Shown: positions 53,301 to 59,577 of the stretch, piece by piece
How positions within the stretch are numbered: position 1 is the first letter of the stretch
Layout: the number at the start of each line of letters is the position of its first letter
NCBI GenBank assembly: GCA_965140585.1
Contig: OZ223270.1
Location: 544,001 to 608,000, forward strand
DNA: 64,000 nt
DNA from: Spirochaetia bacterium
GTDB taxonomy: Bacteria; Spirochaetota; Spirochaetia; UBA9216
Direction of reading: 5' to 3'
Program-made: the position numbers and the translations under genes
The notes under the pieces: generated by a model
The model's input: the letters and a program-made list of their open reading frames with translations, nothing else
Told to the model about the DNA's origin: nothing
Database searches by the model: none

Positions 53301-54354
53301 TAATGGTCTTAGAGTAAAGAAAGAGAAGGTTGGTGAATCTAAGTACTATAGCTTTGATCTAAACGGCAACGTTATCTATGAACAGGATCTTGATGGAACT
53401 TACAGTAAGTACGTGTATATTCGAACAACCCGTTTTGTTCGAGAAGATGGACATACCGATGGAACAGAAGCTGTTGAGCGATATTACTATCACACAGATC
53501 ATCTTGGTTCGACGGTTATGATAACAGACGAAGCTGCTAAAGTAGTATGGGATAGTGAATATACGCCTTTTGGTGAGCTCAATGACGCTTACAAAAAAGA
53601 TGAACAGATGGTACAATTTACCGGGAAAGATATGGATTTTGATACTGGGCTGTATTACTACAATGCCAGATGGTATGACCCGAACCTCGGCCGATTCACC
53701 ACCGAAGACCCGATAAGAGACGGCCTAAACTGGTACATCTACGCTAATAATAATCCGTTGAAGTTTGTTGATCCGACTGGGTTGATGAGTGATGCAGCAG
53801 CTTTGGCTGCCGCTGAAGCCGATGTTGATATTGCTGATGCCGATAGTTCTTATGGACATACTACACCAACTCCTATCGAGAGATATGCTGAAGGTGATTA
53901 TGACTCAGAGACAGAGTTTGGAGGTGCCTCAGCTACAGAATCTGAAAAAGAAAAGGCAGCTATGGATGAAACCATAGAACAATGGACTGAGAAGAATTTA
54001 GCCTCAGGTGCGGCTATCCCAACAAATGATGAATTTACAATTGCGAATATTGCCATCGGGGTTAAGCAATTAGTATCAGGAATATTGGAGAAAATCACAG
54101 GAGCTGGTGCTAAGAGTGCAGTTGCTTCAACCGGAAGAACTACTGCTAAGAGTCTCACTGAAAAATTAGCCATGGAACAAGCTGTTTCAAATCCAGCAGC
54201 AGGGAAAATCCTGCCTATAACTATGAATGATACAAAAAATGGATGGACTGCTGCCGAAGGTTGGGTTAAGATGAGCCAGAATATAAATGGTGTTGAAGTA
54301 CATTATGTTAGAAATACTATTACAGGGATCGTTGCAGATTTCAAATTCAAATGA
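44335..54354 (+). CDS. Giant RHS/YD-repeat polymorphic toxin with Sec signal peptide (3339 aa)
   Basis: Signal peptide, discoidin-like, Ig-like and FN3 domains, HFS motif, YD repeats, core YYYHTDHLGS...ARWYDPNLGRF...NNNPLKFVDPTGL, C-terminal tip. Confidence 0.93.
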   Translation: MRVKMKMTRKISIIIVLLFISLFNVHAAAGNLELSITGSSNNTDVLNPAEYAADDNMLTYWALDPEETNGWFEVSLDELSCIYAIELSGTLDTENVINFEYNSDGIWKSFINTEITSIGSSGEYIDLSGYKIVTDKIRVYLQGEDTSYSFIEEFSIFGESYSDTYHKLGISNVSGEENIFYPLSNLTDENTKTYWETESIGTWIVSILQGAKNWITDCFETGNFNFRKRSSLWEDENGAVISLAETSTIYRIKAYLSQDYSGKIILNKLDDDEWTEISVIEEGTEPGWYIIDLPDGLNTDSIQIISEDTDWWSLFLGLDTAEITGLCEIEFWGKSDLPSSKDLTFYTEDTNIVEGLNSVFSTSESENYEVELVVDADAGDFTCIELNGTQVQIPFIQEIEGAFYYQSIIDNDLLWNGDNFLRLESSDYHLLSGSIVGLSKDGSLSFSDGIKDYFTADSTGYNEIEFDSEISLEEVLLTTNDVSNERVYYRSENQWFELAWSGVSEHSEIYSIFLSESGNNTNLVADCIRIEGLTSGEQYGVTVKGSRISDSAPQIQMYWPKNGEVIEQSGLGTMFAVGYVDDENAVITVNDEAAQNIGNLFWIANMPGDVITDGEYALHIAATDSEGRTTEKTIYWSNIDSNVYNCDLGEDIIYTLDDSITVEGGTNPSATVYINDEIVDSSSQRYSKDIELAPGLNIITIKFVHRTQGVFALLQRRIFLVTTEPVLEISQPNDIDYISVQQIDVSGILSVSGAYEIECEGYKVQDDGTLFTVPSVTLVSGAYNDIIVTLTDQFGRTSTDSVSVFCDINAPVLTGITPESGSILSESVNTFVITTSDESELSVFMDGLVVPGGSGIFEKTISLLDGFYSLSLVLKDKAGNTTQVYLDYTVDTVPPVDFTVDVTPAGWTSDNQPIISFETTDATSGVDCYELSIDEGSFYVIESPYQLPVQSEGEHTIAVRAVDNAGHMTYSYAETKTDTIPPDILTDIEIVPGNGQLVLKWEDGNDDVIAYEIVRTPAWDLDEQIRVDRADEIQEYLDTEVIDGNTYSYFIRSVDRAENKGVFSAANSAIPGIETELLIEDGITKVEYETATLYLKKEGLPGDAVSVRIAEADPEWQTEADEDFEHDFVGAVYNFSLLDSNGEDVSSGDVFSQPYIGIIDYNPELLPEGFNEENLSVYTFDRRWGRWERIEDCSVVPESNQIVFTSMHFSMYAPVATSVQDLSPEEIADAGYSPFGTYVNHEGFTVSPQGGNAHTSMTELVLTGPSGFDFELKRYYDLTVAKMDTRADIPSWAIKYLENQGDYAYSMGKGWRLNLPYIKNASSQQYLVMPDGSMYGFESLELEDSSIISTNRTLYLEGHTGEHFSLMVKQSKKEEEVYFIGAEGVVEHTWTSLYYILTLNDGTRYVMDSKGRTKKILSPESLEQPGFLGFLNLMSGFEVNISYVDDGYEISQIEDSIGRKINFEYAGISDSLAVPYITKISLDSNDPYGRSISYTQNDGYLTSCTDVGGRTWTYSYDNAYYIGGASNPIPFNLTDALDDYSDDSELNDLIDKLSEPTSNYTYKPLYAIEGSGKGRIEVTYDTDSQSLDGEDYLKVVTRQVAVFNDHAAGSDESVRATWYDYSFTYNDDIEGYYLSKTIVNELNDNRYTVYNYEYRKLVETYWNETDDGEIDEVTVYASEDAGNRISSTIFYEKINNDIDNLSLLKDKSIEYIADTDINPSAETIKHGSGSDYLTMSYSYDGWGNKETVTEENHSSGRIRKNITYRIFSSGNQVVGASFKDYSNSGLTNGSIPARIKSLIIKEEIDNYSPIIVSNGTASNDVGTAKKEYIYYSYNDDGRITGKAIWDSSNNKWQKTDYVWNSVGDMTQVTNPDGHIIAYTYDDDHYLSGKTEKAIKDVDGNSSDLSWLYDYDWTGWKVSETDPKNQVITLTYDKLGRITSKSEPGDAGGIYKTSVSYNDSLGSLSSVMTDSFGREVKREYNDLGQMVKQSSYIASDKAAIVELSYDRWGNVVEMINPNMLMDDAGDKNEYITYYSYNALGRLDKISYPYESDTGSVYKSMDYNYNTNTLTITDEEGNQTVELYDMKGNILKRTQSVDGESIITSFWYDGLGNMIAQQGPISDAVITNQFNSLNQLVNVKQPSETFYENGVLTTSRPEVSYYYDENGDVVKESKIVSDGERITLTEYDELGRTIAVEYKDGDEVLASEKYYYDELNNLEKKIDPNNLVTNYTYTPRNNIKTETDPEGWKTSYEYYEDGLIKSTIDPRGNSGNYSGLDFKVTYNYDNLKRLTSAELPAKVDGGERLKITFEYDLLGNLTKQTGIDGLVTTYEYTPRRWLRSQNVTGDGKSYLTENEYDKKGNITKTVDPRGERIVMDYDELDRLIYKKSAEDDINRFDYDEAGNLIESSWYKNGIEISARYDYDDYGRLLTQYLPVETSDNSTDIEKALLYDRLGNLTKETDALGNSVYYEYDGLNRLVQETSDAGFTKSYDYDDGGRLIESIDANGNVSSYGYNDRGLLLVRNINGINGAKSLTYDYDEAGNLKWAQDDSVYTGYNGAEPGLNGSYIPDVYGRIKAVMTQLDGNNFDIEYQYNISDQLVGITGPDGNTVDYSYNLLGEILDVEGYLLSAPVYDEGGLITSITAANGVSLGIEYDGEGRITDRVFNGQEESFEKKYYLSYDTAGNISTLTNASGVQSTYSYDIKNQLISAYLRGGFGIATENTTNQETVAIETDDVNGEGILEEVDKTEISLDHAAGSIGVSLNGSYKVARIYLNPESVDNRVESENLRIFLSADNTEGSYIEQTDFRINENEEGGFEIILRQPVTASFVKVMTDFNERDIDYNPVDNSEFKGSPEEIIKVYHYLSLRIEKYNYDNAGNRTSEKVSYVSDEFKGVDKTYEYYPKTNRVLTDGKFIYQYDSNGNILAKGTMIIVSGVETAISDISDWAQFTDSTNSIEYGISGELWEYEYDVLNRLITVSKNAEDVASYTYDANGLRVKKEKVGESKYYSFDLNGNVIYEQDLDGTYSKYVYIRTTRFVREDGHTDGTEAVERYYYHTDHLGSTVMITDEAAKVVWDSEYTPFGELNDAYKKDEQMVQFTGKDMDFDTGLYYYNARWYDPNLGRFTTEDPIRDGLNWYIYANNNPLKFVDPTGLMSDAAALAAAEADVDIADADSSYGHTTPTPIERYAEGDYDSETEFGGASATESEKEKAAMDETIEQWTEKNLASGAAIPTNDEFTIANIAIGVKQLVSGILEKITGAGAKSAVASTGRTTAKSLTEKLAMEQAVSNPAAGKILPITMNDTKNGWTAAEGWVKMSQNINGVEVHYVRNTITGIVADFKFK

Positions 54355-54361
54355 GGTTAGT

Positions 54362-54715
54362 ATGAATGTTGGTGAATATTTAAAATCAGCCATAGCATTA
54401 TGGAAGCAGACTGAATTAAAAGATGAGTGGTATTTCTCTAATTTACGTGATGAGCTAAGCAATAAATTAAGTAGTGAAAATGCTTTTATTGGAATAAATG
54501 AAATTATTCCCATTCTGTCAGAAGAAAAGGACAGTTATATATTTATTGAGCTTATTGAAATTATAATTTTTCTTGCACAAAAAAGTGAAACTACAGAATT
54601 ACCTTTGGAGCTCTCTCATAATTGGGGAGATATTGCAGCAAGGTTAAAATCTCAAGATGAGTATGCTATATCAAAGTTAGATGAGTTAGTGACTTATTAT
54701 CATTTAAAAGATTGA
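54362..54715 (+). CDS. Putative immunity protein for the RHS toxin tip (117 aa)
   Basis: Small acidic helical ORF 7 bp after the toxin stop, preceded by GAGG. Confidence 0.7.
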   Translation: MNVGEYLKSAIALWKQTELKDEWYFSNLRDELSNKLSSENAFIGINEIIPILSEEKDSYIFIELIEIIIFLAQKSETTELPLELSHNWGDIAARLKSQDEYAISKLDELVTYYHLKD

Positions 54716-54780
54716 ACATATGCATAATAGTTTTTGTGTTAATATTTAAGTTGTGTATTTTGATAACATTTGATTAAAAC

Positions 54781-55010
54781 TTACCGTCCAAGGATTTCGT
54801 CTAACGCGTGTTAGACGAACCCGAAAGGGCGGTGAGGGGAACTGCATCGGCAGATTTTGTAACAACGGGCTGTTTTACGAAGTCTGCCGGTTAACTATAT
54901 AAATCACCTTACAGTTTTAATGCCTCGAAAACGGTTTTAACTCAGGGCCTGAAAGTGCAGTTTCCCGAGCCGGTTTTGTGCGGGACAGAGAAGATACGCT
55001 TCATGTTGGG
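54781..55010 (+). other. Highly structured GC-rich non-coding element
   Basis: Nested stems with G-U type pairs; TTCGTCTAAC-gcgt-GTTAGACGAA. Confidence 0.55.
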
Positions 55011-55192
55011 AGCAAATAAAGGTTGCAAGGGTACGCTGCGGTTTTATTTATTTTAATGATTTGATAGTTAGAGGAGTACCCTAAAAGTGCTTTATTTTTA
55101 AGGAATAGTAAGGATTGACAAGGAATAGTTAAGGTGTTAAGTTTATATATATAAAGGAATTATGGAGTTAGTAGGAACAGCAAGGAGTAATG

Positions 55193-55265
55193 ACGCTAGG
55201 TTCAGGGTCTAGTGTCCGTGCGGACATGCTGGTTCGAGTCCAGTTCTGGGCAAATATAAACCCTT
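55193..55265 (+). repeat. Duplicated 3' part of tRNA-Leu (att junction between islands 1 and 2)
   Basis: Exact match to 19670-19742; lacks the 5' acceptor strand and D-arm. Confidence 0.93.
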
Positions 55266-55281
55266 TCGGGGTAAGAGATTA

Positions 55282-55316
55282 GGGAGTTTGGTCAATTTGG
55301 CTGAACTCCTTTTTTT
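55282..55316 (+). terminator. Terminator after the att tRNA fragment
   Basis: GGAGTTTGGTCA-att-TGGCTGAACTCC followed by a T-run. Confidence 0.75.
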
Positions 55317-55575
55317 GTCCCAGAATATGAACTGACGCCAGTATTGACGCCAATTGAAGTAAACTGCGGAGCATTATCATTAATCAGTGTTATCTATTTG
55401 TTTTCAAAATCATCGACAGCCTATACATTAATGTCTGAAGAATTATTTATAATAGATGCTTTTTATATTCGGATGGGGTTATGCCGGTAATCTTTTTAAA
55501 GGCTGTGTTGAAGGCTGTCGGGTAAGTATTGGACAGCCTTTTTTTAATTCTCCTGTTCGAAAGACGCCGATAGCG

Positions 55576-55962
55576 TATGCCATGGCTTTTTTGACTTTTA
55601 AGCACTTGAACGATAGTAATGGTGGTCTAAGCCGTCTAAAATCTTCTTTGCCAGTCGAGAAGGGTAGCGGGCTTGATGATTGTGAGGTGTCTGACGGCTC
55701 GTTTTGATATAGCAGATATAATTGTGAATAGAAAACGGTCGCTTCTTCTCATTGAATCCTGTTTTAGCTTCTGATTGAGTTGGCGCTTATAAATCTGGTT
55801 TTCTTTCTTAAGAATCATCAGAGTTATGATTAAATCTTTCCGGTTGGAGAATAATATTTTAAACAGGGATGTGAGTAGATAGAGAATGAAGTTGAACATG
55901 GATGATTATATCAGGTTTTAATGTAGAAGAATTTCCACATTGCTTAAAAAAGCCACAGGACG
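55576..55962 (-). mobile_element. IS copy C, 387-bp internal deletion derivative
   Basis: Right part identical to copy B; 730-bp deletion at an AAATCT microhomology; retains an 87-aa N-terminal ORF. Confidence 0.85.
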
Positions 55963-56002
55963 GCGTTGTTCCGGGCAGTGTATTTCTGCCCGGTGACATT
56001 TT

Positions 56003-56656
56003 TTATCTTTTCCTGAAAAATTTTTTATAGACCAAATAATATAGCATGGTCAATGTTGAAGAAAGCAGCAGCCCTCCGGTTATATCTGTAAACCAATGTA
56101 CACCCGAAAAAAGACGGCCAATTACAGTTACCGCAATAATCAAAACAGAAAAAGAGTCAGTTATCCAGAGAACCGGTTTTTTCTTCACACGGTTTTGTAA
56201 TTGTAACATGGATGTCACCATAATGCAGACTACTATCATGGTATGGCTTGACGGGTATGATGCTTCAAGTTTTCCTTCTATAAGCACGGGGCGGTAATTT
56301 ATTATAATTTCTTCAAAGAATATATAACATCCGATTACCGCCAGGTAAAAAATACCAAGCAGCAGAATATCTGAATCAACTTTTTTAAGGCTTCTGCGTC
56401 TGATTAGCTGAAATAATCCAAGGACGGCAAACCCGCAGGCAACGATAACGGCAGCCAGCCCAAGCCAGTCGGTAACATGATACCAGAAAAGATTTACGCC
56501 GAAAGTGTTAAAAACAAACTGGTTTAAAGCTGAAAGCCCAATTCGTGTCTCCATTGGCCCAATGGATTGTACATCAAAATTTTTTATAAAAAGTGTTAAC
56601 ACAAGAAATGCAATAAACAACATTGCTGTAATATAACCAAGTATTCGATTTTTCAT
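56003..56656 (-). CDS. PAP2-family membrane phosphatase
   Basis: NYRP, SYPSSHT, GRLFSGVHWFTDI. Confidence 0.9.
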   Translation of the reverse strand: MKNRILGYITAMLFIAFLVLTLFIKNFDVQSIGPMETRIGLSALNQFVFNTFGVNLFWYHVTDWLGLAAVIVACGFAVLGLFQLIRRRSLKKVDSDILLLGIFYLAVIGCYIFFEEIIINYRPVLIEGKLEASYPSSHTMIVVCIMVTSMLQLQNRVKKKPVLWITDSFSVLIIAVTVIGRLFSGVHWFTDITGGLLLSSTLTMLYYLVYKKFFRKR

Positions 56657-56673
56657 TTTATTATCCTTTCTAT

Positions 56674-57474
56674 TTAGTATTTCATGGTTAGAAGTAGGCC
56701 GGACGGCATTGCCTGAATCTTGAGAAAAGTCCCGCCGTCTCCAACAGCAATTTCAGTTTTCAGGTTCAGGCTGTGTGCCCAGGGAACTAAGAATCCGCAG
56801 GTAGCCCCTGCTGCTGCGCCCGCTATCACATCGGTTAAAAAATGGTTTCTGCTTGCAACACGGCATGCGGCGGTTGCGACTGCGGCAAGATATTAAGCAC
56901 CTGTTATAGGTATTTTCCATTTTGAATCGGGAAAATATTCATTGAAAACGTATCCGGTAAAGACGGCTCCTGCGAAAGCCAATGTTGTATGTCCGGAAGG
57001 AAAGGGTTTATTCCAGTCGCAGTCATCAACTGCCTGCTGAGGATAACTGTTATAATACATAAAGGGCCTGGCCCTGTTGATACACAGCTTACCTATTTCT
57101 CTTGCCCCGTATGTAAGGGCTATGGTTTGTGTATACATTGTTCCGATATCGTCAACTACCATGGAATGAGGATTCATGAGTAACTTATCGAAACTGTTGA
57201 CCTGTATCGGGTCATAGATGTTTCCGTCAAAATCGGAATGGTTTACTTTTTCAACCTTATCGAAATAAATAATCGTTCCATTCAATCCGGCTGCAGAGGC
57301 AATAATTGAGGTATCAAGAACCACGTTTAGGCTGAATGTTGATCCGGTTGATTCTCCTGCTGCACTGTCGAACGGGAACAAAGAAGCCGCAGTCAGCAAA
57401 ATCAGCACGGCCGTCATGAAGATTTTTTCATACATTGTGTTACTCCTGTAAATCATTTTGAAGCAGTAATCCAC
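56674..57474 (-). pseudogene. PAP2-family phosphatase with in-frame TAA at 56893-56895
   Basis: RARP and FPSGHT lie before the stop; CRVASRNHFLTDV continues in frame after it, to the stop at 56674. Confidence 0.8.
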
Positions 57475-57527
57475 AGAACAATTGGAGTAACCAGAAATAT
57501 GTGTTTACATCGGCGATACTTTTCGTA

Positions 57528-58130
57528 TCATTCTTTTTTCAGCAGGATAATAACCTTAAATAATAGCAGGCAGAATAGAAATGCAGTCCCGTAAGGCTGA
57601 CGAATCATTATAAAAAACATAACTGAAAAGACGGACAACAGCGAAGAGACAATAATTTTCACCCTGAGCCAGATTGGATTTCTTATATTCTGCATGGCCA
57701 GTTCCATTACGCCGAATAATACAGTTGAAATAATCAGAGAATATACAATAATCAGGATTGGAAACGGAGCTTCAAAGGCAGGTAATGCTACATGTTCTAC
57801 CTTGTTTTCAAGTTCGTTCCCGCAGCAAGGTAGAATGAACAGTAAGGCTGGCATAAGATCCAGAAACCCGAAAAACAGAGACCGGACGTTAATAGAAGTA
57901 TCGCGGGTGTGATTCTCAGCAATAATAATCAGTTCATCAGTTGAAAGGAGGTCGTCAACCGATACTGAAAAAACCTTCGCTATCAGTTTAAGTGAATCAA
58001 TATTTGGGTAGCCTCGTCCGGATTCCCATTTGGATACAGTAACCCTGGATACAAAAAGTTTTTCCGCCAACTGTTCCTGTGTAAGTTTGCTGCTCATCCT
58101 AAGCTGCTGTAGTTTTGAATTGAATTCCAT
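57528..58130 (-). CDS. XRE-family HTH regulator with C-terminal TM helices
   Basis: LTQEQLAEKLFVSRVTVSKWESGRGYPNID. Confidence 0.9.
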   Translation of the reverse strand: MEFNSKLQQLRMSSKLTQEQLAEKLFVSRVTVSKWESGRGYPNIDSLKLIAKVFSVSVDDLLSTDELIIIAENHTRDTSINVRSLFFGFLDLMPALLFILPCCGNELENKVEHVALPAFEAPFPILIIVYSLIISTVLFGVMELAMQNIRNPIWLRVKIIVSSLLSVFSVMFFIMIRQPYGTAFLFCLLLFKVIILLKKE

Positions 58131-58278
58131 CAGATCCTTTGCTAAAGTTTTTACCGGTTTTTATGCATTGATTATATCCTAATAAAAGGCGGATTCCAAT
58201 TATTATGAGAAATAGTTTCTTAACTTCTAATATGCTCATAGGCAGGAAATGATCCAATGATTCATGGCGGATGCTGCC

Positions 58279-58652
58279 TGTGGGTTAGTTTTTTATATCT
58301 TGATGACAGTCAAGAATTTTTTGATGAATCGGCGTTGCCAGTCAAAAACTGTCTCTGGCTTGACTATAGTCATATGACGGATTGCTCTTTTAGATAGGGA
58401 GTTCAGCATAGCAAAGGTGAATTTATCAGATTTCTTTAAAATCAACCTCTTCTTCTGAAGATTGAGGTGGCGTCGATAGATTTCATTTTCTTTCTTGAGA
58501 AGAAGCATTGTTAGAATGACATTCTTTCTACTCTTGAAGAAGATTTTGAATACTGAATCAAGCAGTGATAACAGGAAGCTAAACATTCTTTAATTATCGG
58601 AATGTGGAGAATTTACCATATTATGGACTCATATGAGAAAAACTAACCCACG
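58279..58652 (-). mobile_element. IS copy D, 374-bp miniature derivative nested in older IS debris (about 58240-58713)
   Basis: Inverted repeats TGTGGGTTAGTTTTT and AAAAACTAACCCACG; 97-aa transposase N-terminus; flanked by a GSIRHESLDHFL-coding fragment and another IS end. Confidence 0.75.
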
Positions 58653-58725
58653 AGTTTTTAATATGAAACATTTTCCATATTTAGATAGATATCTTTGCCC
58701 GGGTGTAAAAAAAGATTTATTTAAA

Positions 58726-59013
58726 TCAGCGAACTCTCTTCTTACCAAATTCATCCTCAATCTTTTCGGCTAAAAAGACTTTAAGAAGTGATTGGTAAGG
58801 AACGTCACGTTTGTTTGCCAGAATCTTTAAATCATCAATTAAGTCCAGGGGCAATCTGATAGAAATAGATTTTGTTGTGGGTTTCAGTTTAGGAAAGCGA
58901 GCTACCTGTGATTTTTCCCAGTTTAAATAGTCTGTTGAATCATGATCTTCCCAGAATTCGCGTTCTTCAATTTCATTTTCAAACTCAGGTAGTTCTATTT
59001 TGGTTGTCTTCAT
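58726..59013 (-). CDS. BrnA/CopG-like antitoxin
   Basis: EEREFWEDHDSTDY...ISIRL...VPYQSLLK. Confidence 0.88.
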   Translation of the reverse strand: MKTTKIELPEFENEIEEREFWEDHDSTDYLNWEKSQVARFPKLKPTTKSISIRLPLDLIDDLKILANKRDVPYQSLLKVFLAEKIEDEFGKKRVR

Positions 59014-59290
59014 ATACTCTGACCTCCCTTTTGGTCATTTCTCTTGCAGAAATAACTCTGATTTTATCAGAGCGAATAGTAAATACGATGAAAAGCAACC
59101 TATCATGATTTGTTTTTCCTAAAGCATAAAATCGCTCTTCTTTTTGCGAGTGCTTAAAATCACGTTTAACCACCAGAGGATGATTGAAGAAAATCTGCTC
59201 AGCCTCAGTGTCAAAAACATTATGTTTTCCAATATTTTTATAGAAATTATCCTCATCCCAATCGAATCCGACAATATTGGAAAAATCCAC
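58985..59290 (-). CDS. brnT: BrnT-family toxin
   Basis: FDWD...KH...HSQKEERFYALG...IRVISAR. Confidence 0.92.
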   Translation of the reverse strand: MDFSNIVGFDWDEDNFYKNIGKHNVFDTEAEQIFFNHPLVVKRDFKHSQKEERFYALGKTNHDRLLFIVFTIRSDKIRVISAREMTKREVRVYEDNQNRTT

Positions 59291-59501
59291 CTAAGCCCTC
59301 CCTGTCTGTATATAATCATAATATACATTAAAGTGCTATAATTGCAAAGCGTAAATATTAAATTTAATGTCGATAGAATTAATAATTTATTGACGCCTAT
59401 ACCGACGCCTTTATTATACAAACCCAGAAGGCTTGTATGGAAAACTGACCACATAACCTCTTCTTATGCTGTTATATACAGCAATATATGGACTACATAA
59501 G

Positions 59502-59566
59502 GACACGTACTGAGTTCAGGGTATAGTGTCTTTGTGGATGTGCTGGTTCGAGTCCAGTTCTGGGCA
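59502..59566 (+). repeat. Degenerate third copy of the tRNA-Leu 3' part (distal att)
   Basis: 26-bp exact TGCTGGTTCGAGTCCAGTTCTGGGCA (59541-59566) with diverged anticodon and variable arms. Confidence 0.85.
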
Positions 59567-59577
59567 TAAATAAACCC

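Larger units (their letters stand above)
19670..55265. mobile_element. Genomic island 1 integrated in tRNA-Leu (about 35.5 kb, no integrase visible)
   Basis: 73-bp exact direct repeat at 19670-19742 and 55193-55265; defence, IS, T2SS and RHS cargo; abrupt composition shifts. Confidence 0.85.
55266..59566. mobile_element. Genomic island 2 remnant (about 4.3 kb)
   Basis: Bounded by tRNA-Leu 3' fragments; GACGCC arm-like repeats at both ends (55331-55358 and 59390-59409). Confidence 0.7.

Noticed and set aside
44335-54354. T6SS, Tc or CDI delivery of the RHS toxin
   Set aside because: No PAAR, VgrG, TcA/TcB or TpsB features seen; a Sec signal peptide is present
55193-55252. Second functional tRNA-Leu gene
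   Set aside because: Lacks the 5' acceptor strand and D-arm; it is an att duplication. The same applies to 59502-59566.
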